The notes under the pieces were generated by a model. It ran no database searches, had not been told where the DNA came from, and saw nothing but the letters and a program-made list of their open reading frames with translations. From Octopus sinensis (taxonomy: Eukaryota): a stretch of DNA of 33,009 bases. The DNA lies in assembly GCF_006345805.1 (NCBI RefSeq), contig NW_021832069.1, forward strand, positions 1-33,009, written 5' to 3'. A program made the position numbers and the translations under genes. Each line of letters opens with the position of its first letter. Positions within the stretch are counted from its first letter, which is position 1. Of the stretch, positions 19,959 through 30,883 are shown in pieces.

Positions 19959-20356
19959 TAAGTAGCTTGCTAACCAACCACATGGTTCCGGATTCAGTCC
20001 CGCTGCGTGGCATCTTGGGCAAGTATCTTCTGCTATAGCCCCGGGTCGACCAATGCCTTGTGAGTGGATTTGGTAGACGGAAACTGAAAGAAGCCTGTCG
20101 TATATATGTATATATATATGTGTGTGTGTATGTGTTTGCGTGTCTCTCTGTTTGTTCCCCTAGCATTGCTTGACAACCGATGCTGGTGTGTTTACGTCCC
20201 CGTAACTTAGCGGTTCGGCATAAGAGACCGATAGAATAAGTACTGGACTTACAAAGAATAAGTCCCGGGGTCGATTTGCTCGACTAAAGGTGGTGCTCCA
20301 GCATGGCCGCAGTCAAATGACTGAAACAAGTAAAAGAGTAAAAGAGTAAAAGAGTA
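19959..20356 (+). mobile_element. S1 SINE, slightly 5'-truncated, (TAAAAGAG)3 tail
   Basis: Alignment to other S1 copies. Confidence 0.9.
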
Positions 20357-20558
20357 AGATCTCTTGTAATTTCTGGAAGAGATTTGAAACCACCACGTGT
20401 TGTTGAATTACTGCTTCTCAACACCCGTTATCGGACTTTTGTGGGGGGAAGGCGTACTGTAAAGTTACACACCGCCAACTAAACAAGCTAACACCGGTTG
20501 GCAAACAATGAGGAGCTTGGAAAAAAACAACAAAAAACTGCCTTCACAGCCAGCATTT

Positions 20559-21112
20559 GGATCTTTTCGGTTTGAACGGCAGTTTTTTCTAGCGGTGTCA
20601 TATGAAATTGTCACCCATAATTATGACCCTAGTATCGATCTATTGCATTTCAATCTGTTTTAGGGTTAGGGTTAGGGGTGAGGGGAAGGGTATATTTTTT
20701 TCTTCACAAATGTGAATAAACCCAATCTGTTTCTTAAACGAGGGACATATTCATACGGCACAATAGAATGTGTTTATAAAACATCTTTTTCTCTTGGTTT
20801 TATTGAGAAAATTCTATAGTTTGTAAGATATTTGTTGTTTTTTTTCTTCAATTTCTGCTATTTCAATCGATCAATGACGTGTATTGAGGTTACAAACATT
20901 CTGTGCCGTATGAATATGTCCCTCGTTTAAGAAACAGATTGGGTTTATTTACATTTGTGAAAAAAAAAAGATACCCTTCCCCCCACCCCTAACCCTAACC
21001 CTAACCCTAAAACAGATTGAAATGCAATAGATCGATACTAGGGTCATAATTATGGGTGACAATTTCATATGACACCGCTAGAAAAAAACTGCCGTTCAAA
21101 CCGAAAAGATCC
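20559..21112. mobile_element. MITE family A copy 1: foldback recombinant with two telomere-bearing ends (554 bp)
   Basis: TIR GGATCTTTTCGGTTTGAACGGCAGTTTTT at both ends; about 200-bp inverted arms; flanks CCAGCATTT / CCAGTATTT (the latter overlapping the terminal CC). Confidence 0.9.
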
Positions 21113-21183
21113 AGTATTTGTTCTAAAACAACAAGGAGAAACTCGTACGTCTGCAGACGAAAGTAACAGAGGCGACTCTCCCC

Positions 21184-21518
21184 CGCTTTGTCTTTGGAAA
21201 TCTCTCGTGGAAGCGTCATCCAACCAAAATGCAAATATATGGGAAACTACCACCTGTGTCATTTCTTGTGAAAGGTAGGAGAGTCCAGTTTGCTGGACAT
21301 TGTTGTAGAGCTGAAAACAAGGCAATTTCTACTCTTCTCCTCTGGAAGCCATCTACTCGCAATACCAGAGGGCGCACACTCTCCTACCCTGATGTAATCT
21401 CCAGGGATACAGGCATCCAGCAACAGGACCTCCGTAATGCCATGATGGACCGTGAAGTCTGGCGTAGCATGGTAAATTCCATTGTCTCGACCACGGTCGA
21501 ACAATGATGATGATGATT
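21184..21518 (+). mobile_element. RTE-like LINE 3' end
   Basis: LSWKRHPTKMQIYGKLPPVSFLVKGRRVQFAGHCCR..GRTLSYPDVISRDTG..AMMDREVWRSMV; (TGA)n tail. Confidence 0.75.
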
Positions 21519-22120
21519 ATCTTTACGGTGAGTTAGTATCTCCTACGGAAAGACGATAAAATATTCGAAATAGAAATTAATGATCTACAGCATATCATGA
21601 TGAACTCTGCCTGATACAACGTATATTAGATAAAATTTTTGAGCTTCGATGACTGTTCGTTTGTCTTCTTCCTGTAACCGATTGAAGTGTTAATGCATAG
21701 TGGACCGAGCCACGAACAAGCAGAGTTAACTGCAGCATTGGCGGAAAAATACTCCAGCAGCTTTTACGTTTTTTTTTTTTTATGCAATCAACAACTACAA
21801 GATTGAGTTGATAGGCGTGGTTGTAGATATAAACTGCAAATTGAGTATTGACACGCAATTTCGCTTGAACAACAGCAAGCTTTCCCGTTCATGACCAAGA
21901 TATTGGTATCATTCGAGGGGTGAGAAGGGTGCGGACCGCACCGGATGACACGATCAAAGGAAGTGAGCTCAAAATAATATCTCTAAACAATTTTAGGGCC
22001 TAATTTGCGCATCTTATGTAACAAAGTTTAACATTCTAATCGACATAATTTTGATGTAATTTTAAAATGTTTTTATTTCAAATTCTCTTACTTTCAAAAT
22101 ATGAGTAGATTCAGACTGTG

Positions 22121-22480
22121 GGATCTTTTCGGTTTGACCGGCAGTTTTTAACATTTTAAAACTTCGTATACTGGTAGAATGTGTTTAGAAAACATCTTTT
22201 TCTATAGTTTGTAAGATATTTGTTGTTGTTTTTTTTCCAATTTCTGCAATTTCAACCAATCACTAACGTCTATTGAGGTGAAAACATTCTGTGCCGTATG
22301 AATATGTCCCTCGTTTAAGGAACAGATTGGGTTTATTTACATCTGTGAAGATACCCTTCCCCCCACCCCTAACCCTAAAAGGGATTGAAATGCAATAGAT
22401 CGATTCTAGGGTCATAATTATGGGTGACAATTTCATATGGCACCGCTAGAAAAAACTGCCGTTCAAACCGAAAAGATCCC
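22121..22480 (-). mobile_element. MITE family A copy 2 (360 bp, small deletions)
   Basis: TIRs; 9-bp TSD CAGACTGTG at 22112-20 and 22481-89. Confidence 0.92.
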
Positions 22481-22988
22481 AGACTGTGTGTATGATATTG
22501 TAAATTAAAAGTGTAATTTTATCAGTTGATATTGTTACAATCATTGTGATTACGCCCAGTTTTATTTGAGAATTACGATTTACATGTAAGGTTAGTATAG
22601 AAAAAAATTGTCTTTATTGAGGATTCATTACAGTCTGGTTTGGGAAGAGGCCGATGGCTTAGGTGGGTAACACAACGAGTTAAGGCAATAAGCGATAAAG
22701 ATGCTAACGACGTCACTGGATCAAGACACCACCACAGATAGAATTGGGTGACACGTAAGTGGACATGAACACCGACATCGATTATATGCACAATATGTAC
22801 TGGTGTAGAAGTAATTCAGCATCAAATTTAGAAGCTGTTCGATGTTCAATAAATTCTCCGTTGCCGGCATTAGGCATTATCAGTAAAGTAGCACAGAACA
22901 AATGCGAACAAGGAATCATTACTTCGACATTTTTTTTTTTTATCAATTTTGTCTTTCATTACTGGATGCCAAGATAGAAAGAAACTCG

Positions 22989-23432
22989 GGATCTTTTCGG
23001 TTTGAACGGCAGTTTTTAACATAATTTCTAGGTAACTAAAAAATTTTGAACTTCGTATACTGATAGAACGTGTTTATAAAACATTTTTTTCTCTTGGCTT
23101 TATTGAGAAAATTCTATAGTTTGTAAGATATTTGTTGTTGTTTTTCTTCAATTTCTGCAATTTCAACCAATCAGTGACGTCCATTGAGGTAAACAACATT
23201 CTGTGCCGTATGAATATGTCCCTCGTTTAAGAAACAGATTGGGTTTATTTACATTTGTGAAGAAAAAAAGATACCCTTCCCTCACCCCTAACCCTAACCC
23301 TAACCCTAGCCCTAACTAACCCTAACCCTAAAATAGATTGAAATGCAATAGATCGATACTAGGGTCATAATTATGGGTGACAATTTCATATGACACCGCT
23401 AGAAAAAACTGCCGTTCAAACCGAAAAGATCC
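22989..23432 (-). mobile_element. MITE family A copy 3 (444 bp)
   Basis: TIRs; 8-bp TSD GAAACTCG at 22981-88 and 23433-40. Confidence 0.95.
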
Positions 23433-23606
23433 GAAACTCGTCCTGAGTAACATGATGCAATTATTTTGTGTATTTTGGGGCCCACCCATTATCCACTTCC
23501 ATAGAGTCCGTGGGTTGATATCAGACTTGTTATTTCTGTCACATCGTCTTGTCCTTGTCCGCCATGATTATGTCCTCGTTGGGGCATTTATTGTAAAGCC
23601 TTAAAT

Positions 23607-23880
23607 CAGTGGTTCCCAAACATTTTCAAGCTGTTGCCCCCTTGACCCCTCAGACCACTTTCCTAGCACCCCCACCCCAACTAACCATCACAAACATAGA
23701 CCCCTTTCTGAAGCAAATTCAAAGCAACCGTATTTCACAAATAAAACTTCACCCAATGAACCCACTATTTTGTTGTTTTTACATGAATCGCTTCTTTTGG
23801 CTACCCCCATTAACGCGACACTTTTCTTGGAACTTTCCACCACCCTAGAGGTGCAATTCCGCCCACTTTGGGAACCACTG
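23607..23880. mobile_element. hAT (Charlie-type) MITE (274 bp)
   Basis: 14-bp TIR CAGTGGTTCCCAAA; flanks CCTTAAAT / TCTCAAAT (6/8 TSD). Confidence 0.85.
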
Positions 23881-24039
23881 TCTCAAATCAATAAAACAAA
23901 GGTAAAACCGAATAGGGAACACATGTTTTCACGAATTTGTTTTGCATGAGTTTCGTTAGTCATAAATAATACAGAGATTTTCCTATTTCCAAGTCGTACT
24001 TTTTGCCTTTCTTATGTAGTCTTTACATACGGAAACAGT

Positions 24040-24262
24040 GGATCTTTTCGGTTTGAACGGCAGTTTTTTCTAGCGGTGTCATATGAAATTGTCACCCATA
24101 ATTATGACCCTAGTATCGATCTATTGCATTTCAATCTATTTTAGGGTTAGGGTTAGTTAGGGTTAGGGGTGGGGGGAACACATTCTATCAGTATATGAAG
24201 TTTAAAATTTTTTAGTTACCTAGAAATTATGTTAAAAACCGCCGTTCAAACCGAAAAGATCC
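24040..24262 (+). mobile_element. MITE family A copy 4, internally deleted (223 bp)
   Basis: Both TIRs and the telomere tract retained; no clean TSD. Confidence 0.88.
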
Positions 24263-24754
24263 GAACATTCAACATCTTCAGTTGCTGCAACAAGTCTCTA
24301 ATAAACGGTTTTACATCTACTATATCCATTAAATCTGCAAAAAAACGGAATTAGCAGGTTGTTTATAAATAAATGTCTTTGTTTAAAAATGACAAAAAGG
24401 TCTGCTCACACAGTAGCCTGACACATTAAGAAGCAGCGCTATATCACCACTAAAAATAAACAAGCATTATTATCACATTACATTGTTAAATAAACAAATA
24501 TTATTTTTACAATGAGCGAATGCTTTTTTTGCACCGTCTCAAAAACGCTTAAGTTTAATTCAGCTTGAAAAAAGCAGCTATATTTTGTTTATTGTGAATG
24601 TGGCTGACGGAGGAGCGATAACAAGAAGTATAGAGTCGGGCTTTGGGTGACCTGTTGTATATTTAAGCTTAATAACCAAACGGGCAAGACTATGTACAAC
24701 ATAAAAAAAGATACCAAAAGAAAAATGCAAATAAAAAAGAAAAGAAAAAAGAAG

Positions 24755-25216
24755 GGATCTTTTCGGTTTGAACGGCAGTTTTTTCTAGCGGTGTCATATG
24801 AAATTGTCACCCATAATTATGACCCTAGTATCGATCTATTGTATTTCAATCTGTTTTAGGGTTAGGGTTAGTTAGGGTTAGGGTTAGGGTTAGTTAGGGT
24901 TAGGGTTAGGGTTAGGGGTGGGGGAAGGGTATCTCTTTTCATCACAAATGTAAATAAACCCAATCTGTTTCTTAAACGAGGAACATATTCATACGGCACA
25001 GAAGGTTTTTTTTTACCTCGATGGACGTCATTGATTGGTTGAAATTGCAGAAATTGAAGAAAAACAACAACAAATATCTTACAAACCATAGAATTTTCTC
25101 AATAAAGCCAAGAGAAAAATATGTTTTATAAACACATTCTACCAGTATACGAAGTTTAAAAGTGTTTAGTTACCTAGAAATTATGTTAAAAACTGCCGTT
25201 CAAACCGAAAAGATCC
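24755..25216 (+). mobile_element. MITE family A copy 5 (462 bp, longest TTAGGG tract)
   Basis: TIRs; 8-bp TSD AAAAGAAG at 24747-54 and 25217-24. Confidence 0.95.
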
Positions 25217-25489
25217 AAAAGAAGAAAAAGCAAGCAAAAACAAAATAAAATAAAGAACTGTGTGGGTAAGAAACCACAGGCACAGGCATAGATGTGAGGT
25301 TAAGAAACTCGTTTTGCATCCACTATGCGGCACCTTAAGCAAGTGTCTTTTGTTACAGCTAGGTGTGATTTGAGAGAAATTTAGTTGTTTTTTCTAGCGG
25401 GTCCAGCGACGAGTTTCTTTCTTTATTCGCTCGTGTAGTGTAGTGTCGTGCAGTTAGCCCCATGTTAGCTCCAGTGATTATGGTTGCGG

Positions 25490-25795
25490 GGTGGAGGCAG
25501 TAAGAGTAATGGTTGTGGTGGTGGTGGTAGTGGTGGTGGTGGTGGTGGTGATGGTGGTGGTGGTGATATTGGTGCTCGTGATAGTGATTGTGGTGTTGTT
25601 AGTGTTGTCCGTGGTGGTGGTGGAGCTCGTGATGGTGGTGGTGATGTTGTTAGTGTTGTCCGTGGTGGTGGTGGAGCTCGTGATGGTGGTTGTGGTGGTG
25701 GTGCTGATGGTTGTGGTGGTGGTGGTGGTGGTGTTGGTATTGTTCGTGATGGTGTTGGTTGTTGTCCATGATAGTGGTGGTGGTGGTGGTGGTTG
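25490..25795. repeat. Degenerate (GGT)n array with a 51-bp internal duplication
   Basis: TGTTGTTAGTGTTGTCCGTGGTGG.. at 25594 and 25645. Confidence 0.9.
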
Positions 25796-26043
25796 TGTAT
25801 CTCGTTACACACGATTAACCACTTCACGTTCGAGTGAGCAGTATGGCTTCCACCTAAACCCCCCAGACAGAGACAATAACAGTGCTGGATCAATAGCTCT
25901 GTAGGCCGCACTGGATCGCCTCAGCCGTCTTTCCTGCCTTATTATCAGGACAATTGCTCCACCATGAACGTGGACTGATATGACATTACGCAACAACAAC
26001 AACAACAACAACAACAACAGTAACCAGCGTTACGGCCACGACC

Positions 26044-26074
<31 letters not shown>

Positions 26075-26104
26075 CTACCATCCGACTAACAGAATTAACA
26101 ACGC

Positions 26105-26208
26105 GGTAGGTAGCTTGCTTACCAACTACATGATTCCGGGTTCAGTCCCACTGTGTGACACCTTGGGCAAGTGTCTTCTGCTATAGCCTCGGGACGACCA
26201 AAGCCTTG
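26105..26208 (+). mobile_element. S1 SINE 5' fragment
   Basis: TAGCTTGCTTACCAAC..GGGTTCAGTCCCACTG..CCTTGGGCAAGTGTC. Confidence 0.85.
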
Positions 26209-26442
26209 GTTGCATATTTGTGTGAATAAAATCGGTTTTCCTTGGAATAGAAAAAAAGTCTATGTTTATTCCTTCTTTTGCTGGTGTCTCAAATTTAGGT
26301 TAAATCCGTGTTTCTCAAAGGGGAAGCCTATGGACGGTCGGACAAGTTGTTTTGAGAAAATTTGGTTCAAATGTTTGACAACTCAGCACCGTCCATTGGA
26401 GGGGGGGCGTTTTGCTCGTAGGATATATATATATATATATAT

Positions 26443-26748
26443 ATCACGTGATCACGTGACCGACCAGACGATCAGATGTTGCTACACATCGCTGGTCACA
26501 ATGTGTTCGCATCGTTTTAGCCTTCGAATGACGTCACCCCGCTGGCTAAGCGAGCAGGCCAACAGACGAAAGAGTGAGAGAAAGAGTGGTGAAAGAGTAC
26601 AGCAGGGATCACCACCTCCTGTCGGAGCGTCGTGGAGCTTTTGTAGGTGTTTTCGGTCAATAAACACACACAACGCCCGGTCTTGGAATCGAAACCGCGA
26701 TCCTACGACCGCGAGTCCGCTGCCCTAACCACTGGGCCATTGCGCCTC

Positions 26749-26751
<3 letters not shown>
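26443..26751 (-). mobile_element. S4 tRNA-derived SINE with tail X
   Basis: Minus head GTGGAGGCGCAATGGCCCAGTGGTTAGGGCAGCGGACTCGCGGTC..GGTTTCGATTCC; head shared with 28700-28878. Confidence 0.85.
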
Positions 26752-26781
<30 letters not shown>

Positions 26782-26870
26782 TATAATATATATATATATA
26801 TATATATAATATATATATATTAATATATATATATATATATATAATATATATATATATAATTATATTATAG

Positions 26871-26905
<35 letters not shown>

Positions 26906-26911
26906 AATATA

Positions 26912-26989
26912 TACTAAGCAATAGGGTTTAGCAACGAGTTGCCTTACCACATACCGAATTAGAATAGCAGTCAAAGGTTTATGCTATTT
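26912..26989. repeat. Single diverged arm of the 11453-11600 foldback family within (TA)n
   Basis: AGGGTTTAGCAA..TTGCCTTACCACATACCGAA..TAGCAG. Confidence 0.7.
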
Positions 26990-26996
26990 ATATATA

Positions 26997-27058
<62 letters not shown>

Positions 27059-27060
27059 GC

Positions 27061-27230
27061 AAATTTACGAACAAAAGACGAAGACAAATGAAGGAACAAC
27101 AAATAGGTGTACGTATTAGTTCAACATTCGGGAAGAATGGGAAAAGCTTTGACGTTTCGAGCTTACGCTCTTCGACAGAAAGGATGGAGAGGAAAAAAAT
27201 GGAGAGAACGAAAAAATCAGAGAAGTGAAA
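27061..27230 (-). mobile_element. Second copy of the 6629-6800 element
   Basis: Shared blocks listed for 6629-6800. Confidence 0.6.
27147..27182 (-). ncRNA. Variant minimal type I hammerhead-like motif (core CUGUCGA+A)
   Basis: Minus strand CTTT-CTGTCGA-A-GAGC-GTAA-GCTC-GAAAC-GTC-AAAG; perfect stems I and II, GUC site. Confidence 0.5.
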
Positions 27231-27247
27231 TCAAAATCAAATTCGAT

Positions 27248-27718
27248 GACTGGCATCCGTACTACCGGGATGCAAAGAGCACCATACGAGTGTGATCGTT
27301 GACAGAGCGGGTAACTGGCTTCCGTGCCAGTGGCATATAAAAGACACCATTCGAGTGTGATCGTTGCCAGCGTCGCCTTACTGGCTTTTGTACCCATGCT
27401 AGTAGGGTGCCAAGAGCACCATCCGAGCGTGATCGTTGCCAGAGCGGCTAACTGGCTTCCGTGCCGGTGGCACGTAAAAGGCACCATTCGAGCGAGGTCG
27501 TTGCCAGTACCGCCTGACTGGCCACGTGCTGGTGGCACGTAAAAAGCACCCGCTACACTCTCGGAGTGGTTGGCGTTAGGAAGGGCATCCTGCAGTAGAA
27601 ACTCTGCCAGATCAAGATTGGAACCTGGTGCAGCCATATGGTTCGCCAGCCCTCAGTCAAAATCATCCAACCCATGCTAGCATGGAAAGCGACGTTAAAC
27701 AATGATGATGATGATGAT
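27248..27718 (+). mobile_element. SINE/LINE-tail-like element with internal 65-72-bp tandem units and (GAT)n tail
   Basis: CACC(AT) unit starts at 27280, 27345, 27417, 27482, 27547; then GGCGTTAGGAAGGGCATCC..CATGCTAGCATG..(GAT)n. Confidence 0.75.
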
Positions 27719-27734
27719 ATATATATATATTATA

Positions 27735-27774
<40 letters not shown>

Positions 27775-28215
27775 TATATATTGTTGGTTTTCTTGTCCTG
27801 TCTTTTACTGTTTTTATCTTTATTTGTACTGTTTTTTTCTTCATTTTGTATTGTTTTTACGTCCTGTTCTTGTCACTTTTTTCTTTTTTACCCCTCCACA
27901 AAAAAAATTTATTCAATTCATTTTGCGGGAAGGACTGCTTCGGCGAGGTCGTGTTCTGCCCTTACCTTCGAAACACGCAATGAGTCGAAACAGGGGCAGC
28001 TGAAGAAGGGGAATGTTCCGTGTGTTGTTTGCCTTGTACTCTGTTTTTTCGTTGTTAAAAAAAGTCCGTTTCCTTGTTTGGTTTTATGTTTTCGTTTCTC
28101 GTTATGTTCTACGTTTATTTGTGGTGCCCTGTACTCATATATGCATGTATATATACATATAGCTGTAGGTATGTACATATATGTATGTATGTATATGTTT
28201 TATTTATTAAATTGT

Positions 28216-28254
<39 letters not shown>

Positions 28255-28255
<1 letters not shown>

Positions 28256-28402
28256 CTTCATTCAGTTCCCGTCTAGCAAATCCATTCACAAGGCTTTGGT
28301 CAGCCCGAAGTTATAGTAGAAGACAGTTGCCCAAGGTATTACGCAGTGGGACTGAACTCGGAACCTTGCGGTTGGGAAACAAGCTTCTTACCCCACAACC
28401 AT
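28255..28402 (-). mobile_element. Diverged S1 SINE 5' half
   Basis: TTCAGTTCCCGTCTAGCAAATCCATTCACAAGGCTTTGG..CAGTGGGACTGAAC. Confidence 0.8.
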
Positions 28403-28482
28403 ACAAGCGCTTTCTTCAAGAACGTAGAGCAATGTAATCCATGCTTAAGATATATAAGTAAATGCTAATAACAAATCGGATT

Positions 28483-28878
28483 GATGGATGGATGGAAGCA
28501 CTCCGTCGGTTACGACGACGAGGGTTCCGGTTGATCCGAATCAACGGAACAGCCTGCTCGTGAAATTAACGTGTAAGTGGCTGAGCACTCCACAGACACG
28601 TGCATCCTTAACGTAGTTCTCGGGGATATTCAGCGTGACACAGAGAGTGACAAGGCCGGCCCCTTGAAATATAGGTACAACAGAAACATGAAGTAAGAGT
28701 GAGAGAAAGTTGTGGTGAAAGAGTACAGCAGGGATCACCACCATCCCCTGCCGGAGCCTCGTGGAGCTTTTAGGTGTTTTCGCTCAATAAACATTCACAA
28801 CGCCCGGTCTGGGAATCGAAACCGCGATCCTATGACCGCGAATCCGCTGCCCTAACCACTGGGCCATTGCGCCTCCAC
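28483..28878 (-). mobile_element. S4 SINE with a different 3' tail (tail Y)
   Basis: Head and body match 26565-26751; the tail does not. Confidence 0.85.
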
Positions 28879-29035
28879 AGAGAGAGGATACATATTTGCT
28901 GTATATACCCGTAATTCAATTATATGGTTTTGGGGTTTTAAATTTATATACTGTTTTAATTCCCAGGAGACGCCAAAAGCGATTTGAGAGTCGAATATAA
29001 ATCTCCCTTCTAACGTCTCTCATTTGCTACTTTTC

Positions 29036-29036
<1 letters not shown>

Positions 29037-29082
<46 letters not shown>

Positions 29083-29108
29083 TTCTCTCCCTCTCTCCCC
29101 CTCTCTCT
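29037..29108. repeat. (CT)n microsatellite
   Basis: Direct inspection. Confidence 0.95.
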
Positions 29109-29163
29109 CACTTTTATTCTCACACTAAATCCCACCTCTCCCTCAAACTCACACACACATAAC

Positions 29164-29608
29164 GGATCTTTTCGGTTTGAACGGCAGTTTTTTCTAGCGG
29201 TGTCATATGAAATTGTTACCCATAATTATGACCCTAGTATCGATCTATTGCATTTCAACCTGTTTTAGGGTTAGGGTTAGTTAGGATTAGGGTTAAGGTT
29301 AGGGGTGGGGGGAAGGGTATCTTTTTTTCTTCAGAAATGTAAATAAACCCAATCTGTTTCCTAAACGAGGGACATATTCATGCGGCACAGAATGTTCTTT
29401 TTTACCTCTATGGACGTCATTGATTGGTTGAAATTGCAGAAATTGAAGGAAAAAAACAACAAATATCTTACAAACTAAAGAATTTTCTCAATAAAGCCAA
29501 GAGAAAAATATTGTTTTATAAACACATTCTACCAGTATAATACGAAGTTTAAAATTTTTTAGTTACCTAGAAATTATGTTAAAACTGCCGTTCAAACCGA
29601 AAAGATCC
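29164..29608 (+). mobile_element. MITE family A copy 6 (445 bp)
   Basis: TIRs; TSD CACATAAC (29156-63) / CACATGAC (29609-16), 7/8. Confidence 0.93.
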
Positions 29609-29699
29609 CACATGACTAAGCCAATCATACATGTAAGTAAATGAACTCTGTGTATATCAGATGTTCACTCAACAGAAGCCGGAAGTGACTTTTTTTTCA

Positions 29700-29812
29700 T
29701 TGCGCAATATTCCACAGACACATGTCGCCCCACTCCCTTAAAATATTCCTCGGGTAGAATCAGCGTGACATAACACGTGACAAGGCTGGTCCTTTGAATT
29801 ATTACAGGTAAA
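29700..29812 (-). mobile_element. Decayed fragment of SINE tail Y
   Basis: CCACAGACAC..CAGCGTGACA..GTGACAAGGCTGGTCCTTTGAA matches 28590-28680. Confidence 0.55.
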
Positions 29813-30071
29813 CAATTATCATCAGCGGGCTTTCACACAGCTTCCGCCAACCCATTTTTCATTCACAAGGCTTGGAGTCGACTGGAGGCTGCAACAAAAA
29901 CAAACAAGCAAATAAAAAAAAAACATACTTTACTTCCTGTAACTAACGTAAAACCCTAGCCATTACTTTCAACGTACAATAAAGAGAATTCGTTTTACAC
30001 TCTGAATTTGTTGATCTACATCAGAAATCAAAGAGAACAGGGAAAAATTATTCCAAAATGGAGTAACATTT

Positions 30072-30144
30072 GGATCTTTTCGGTTTGAACGGCAGTTTTT
30101 TAAAATAATTGCCACGTAACTAAACACTTCTAAACTTAGTATAC
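30072..30144. mobile_element. Solo end of a sister family sharing the family A TIR
   Basis: Identical 29-bp TIR, then a diverged subterminal region; truncated by (CT)n. Confidence 0.75.
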
Positions 30145-30172
30145 TCTCTCTCCTCCCCCTCTCTCTCTCTCT

Positions 30173-30210
<38 letters not shown>

Positions 30211-30313
30211 TATATATGATCAAACAGTATGCTTCATTATTTGGTATAGTTGCCTGAATTTGCTCTTCCCCTTTTCTTATTTTAATACTCTATCTCTCTC
30301 TCTCTCCTCTCTA

Positions 30314-30368
<55 letters not shown>

Positions 30369-30883
30369 ATATATATATATATAATATAGATATATATATA
30401 TATATATATTATATCAAGCTGTGTGTCTGTCTATGTTTTTGCCTGTAAGAAGGTATTGTGCCCATGCGATTGATGTTCTTCTTGAATAGCTTCAACTGAG
30501 AGCTACAAAGAAAAACAGACCCAGACAGGGAATTTCAGAGGTCAGACGCGTTCAAGAGGAGAAATAGTGGGCGAAATAATTCAAGTGAAGTTTTCCAAGA
30601 AGGACATATGTGTGACGTGAAAGAAGAGACGACGAATATCGTGTAATGTGGTAGCGATAGAAAAGCCAAAACGTACAGATTTGTACGTTTGCGGTCCAGA
30701 ATATGGACTGTGTTCATGATCAAATTTATATGATCGAATTTCAGCACGTAAACTTTCTGAAAACGATACGTTTTCAACGAATGAGCTTTTAAAAACCTTT
30801 CATGTTCATTGTTTTAACAACCTTATACAAAACCTTATTAAGTCTAGCGCTGAGATGTTACGCAGCCGGGTATTGCCCGATGA

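Noticed and set aside
21915-21960. GGGTGCGGACCGCACCGGATGACAC, reminiscent of a DNA-transposon subterminus
   Set aside because: Too short; no TIR or TSD to support a call
22634-22754. AG..GTAAGT-bounded candidate exon
   Set aside because: All three frames contain stops and the acceptor is weak
24855-24920. Telomere or chromosome-fusion site
   Set aside because: Tract is short, internal to a TIR/TSD-bounded MITE and flanked by ordinary DNA
25465-26186. Pro-, Gly-, Val- or Asn/His/Gln-rich ORFs
   Set aside because: Derived from (GGT)n/(CAA)n arrays and run into a SINE; no splice or domain support
27955-28020. GAAAC..GUC..CUGAAGA arrangement (type II hammerhead topology)
   Set aside because: No stem I can form and stem II is mostly G.U; at best a scrambled remnant
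30450-30720. Cys-rich fragments (KRRR..C, DRKAKT, VCGPE) like a piggyBac C-terminal domain
   Set aside because: Needs at least three frameshifts and several stops; no TTAA or TIR end found
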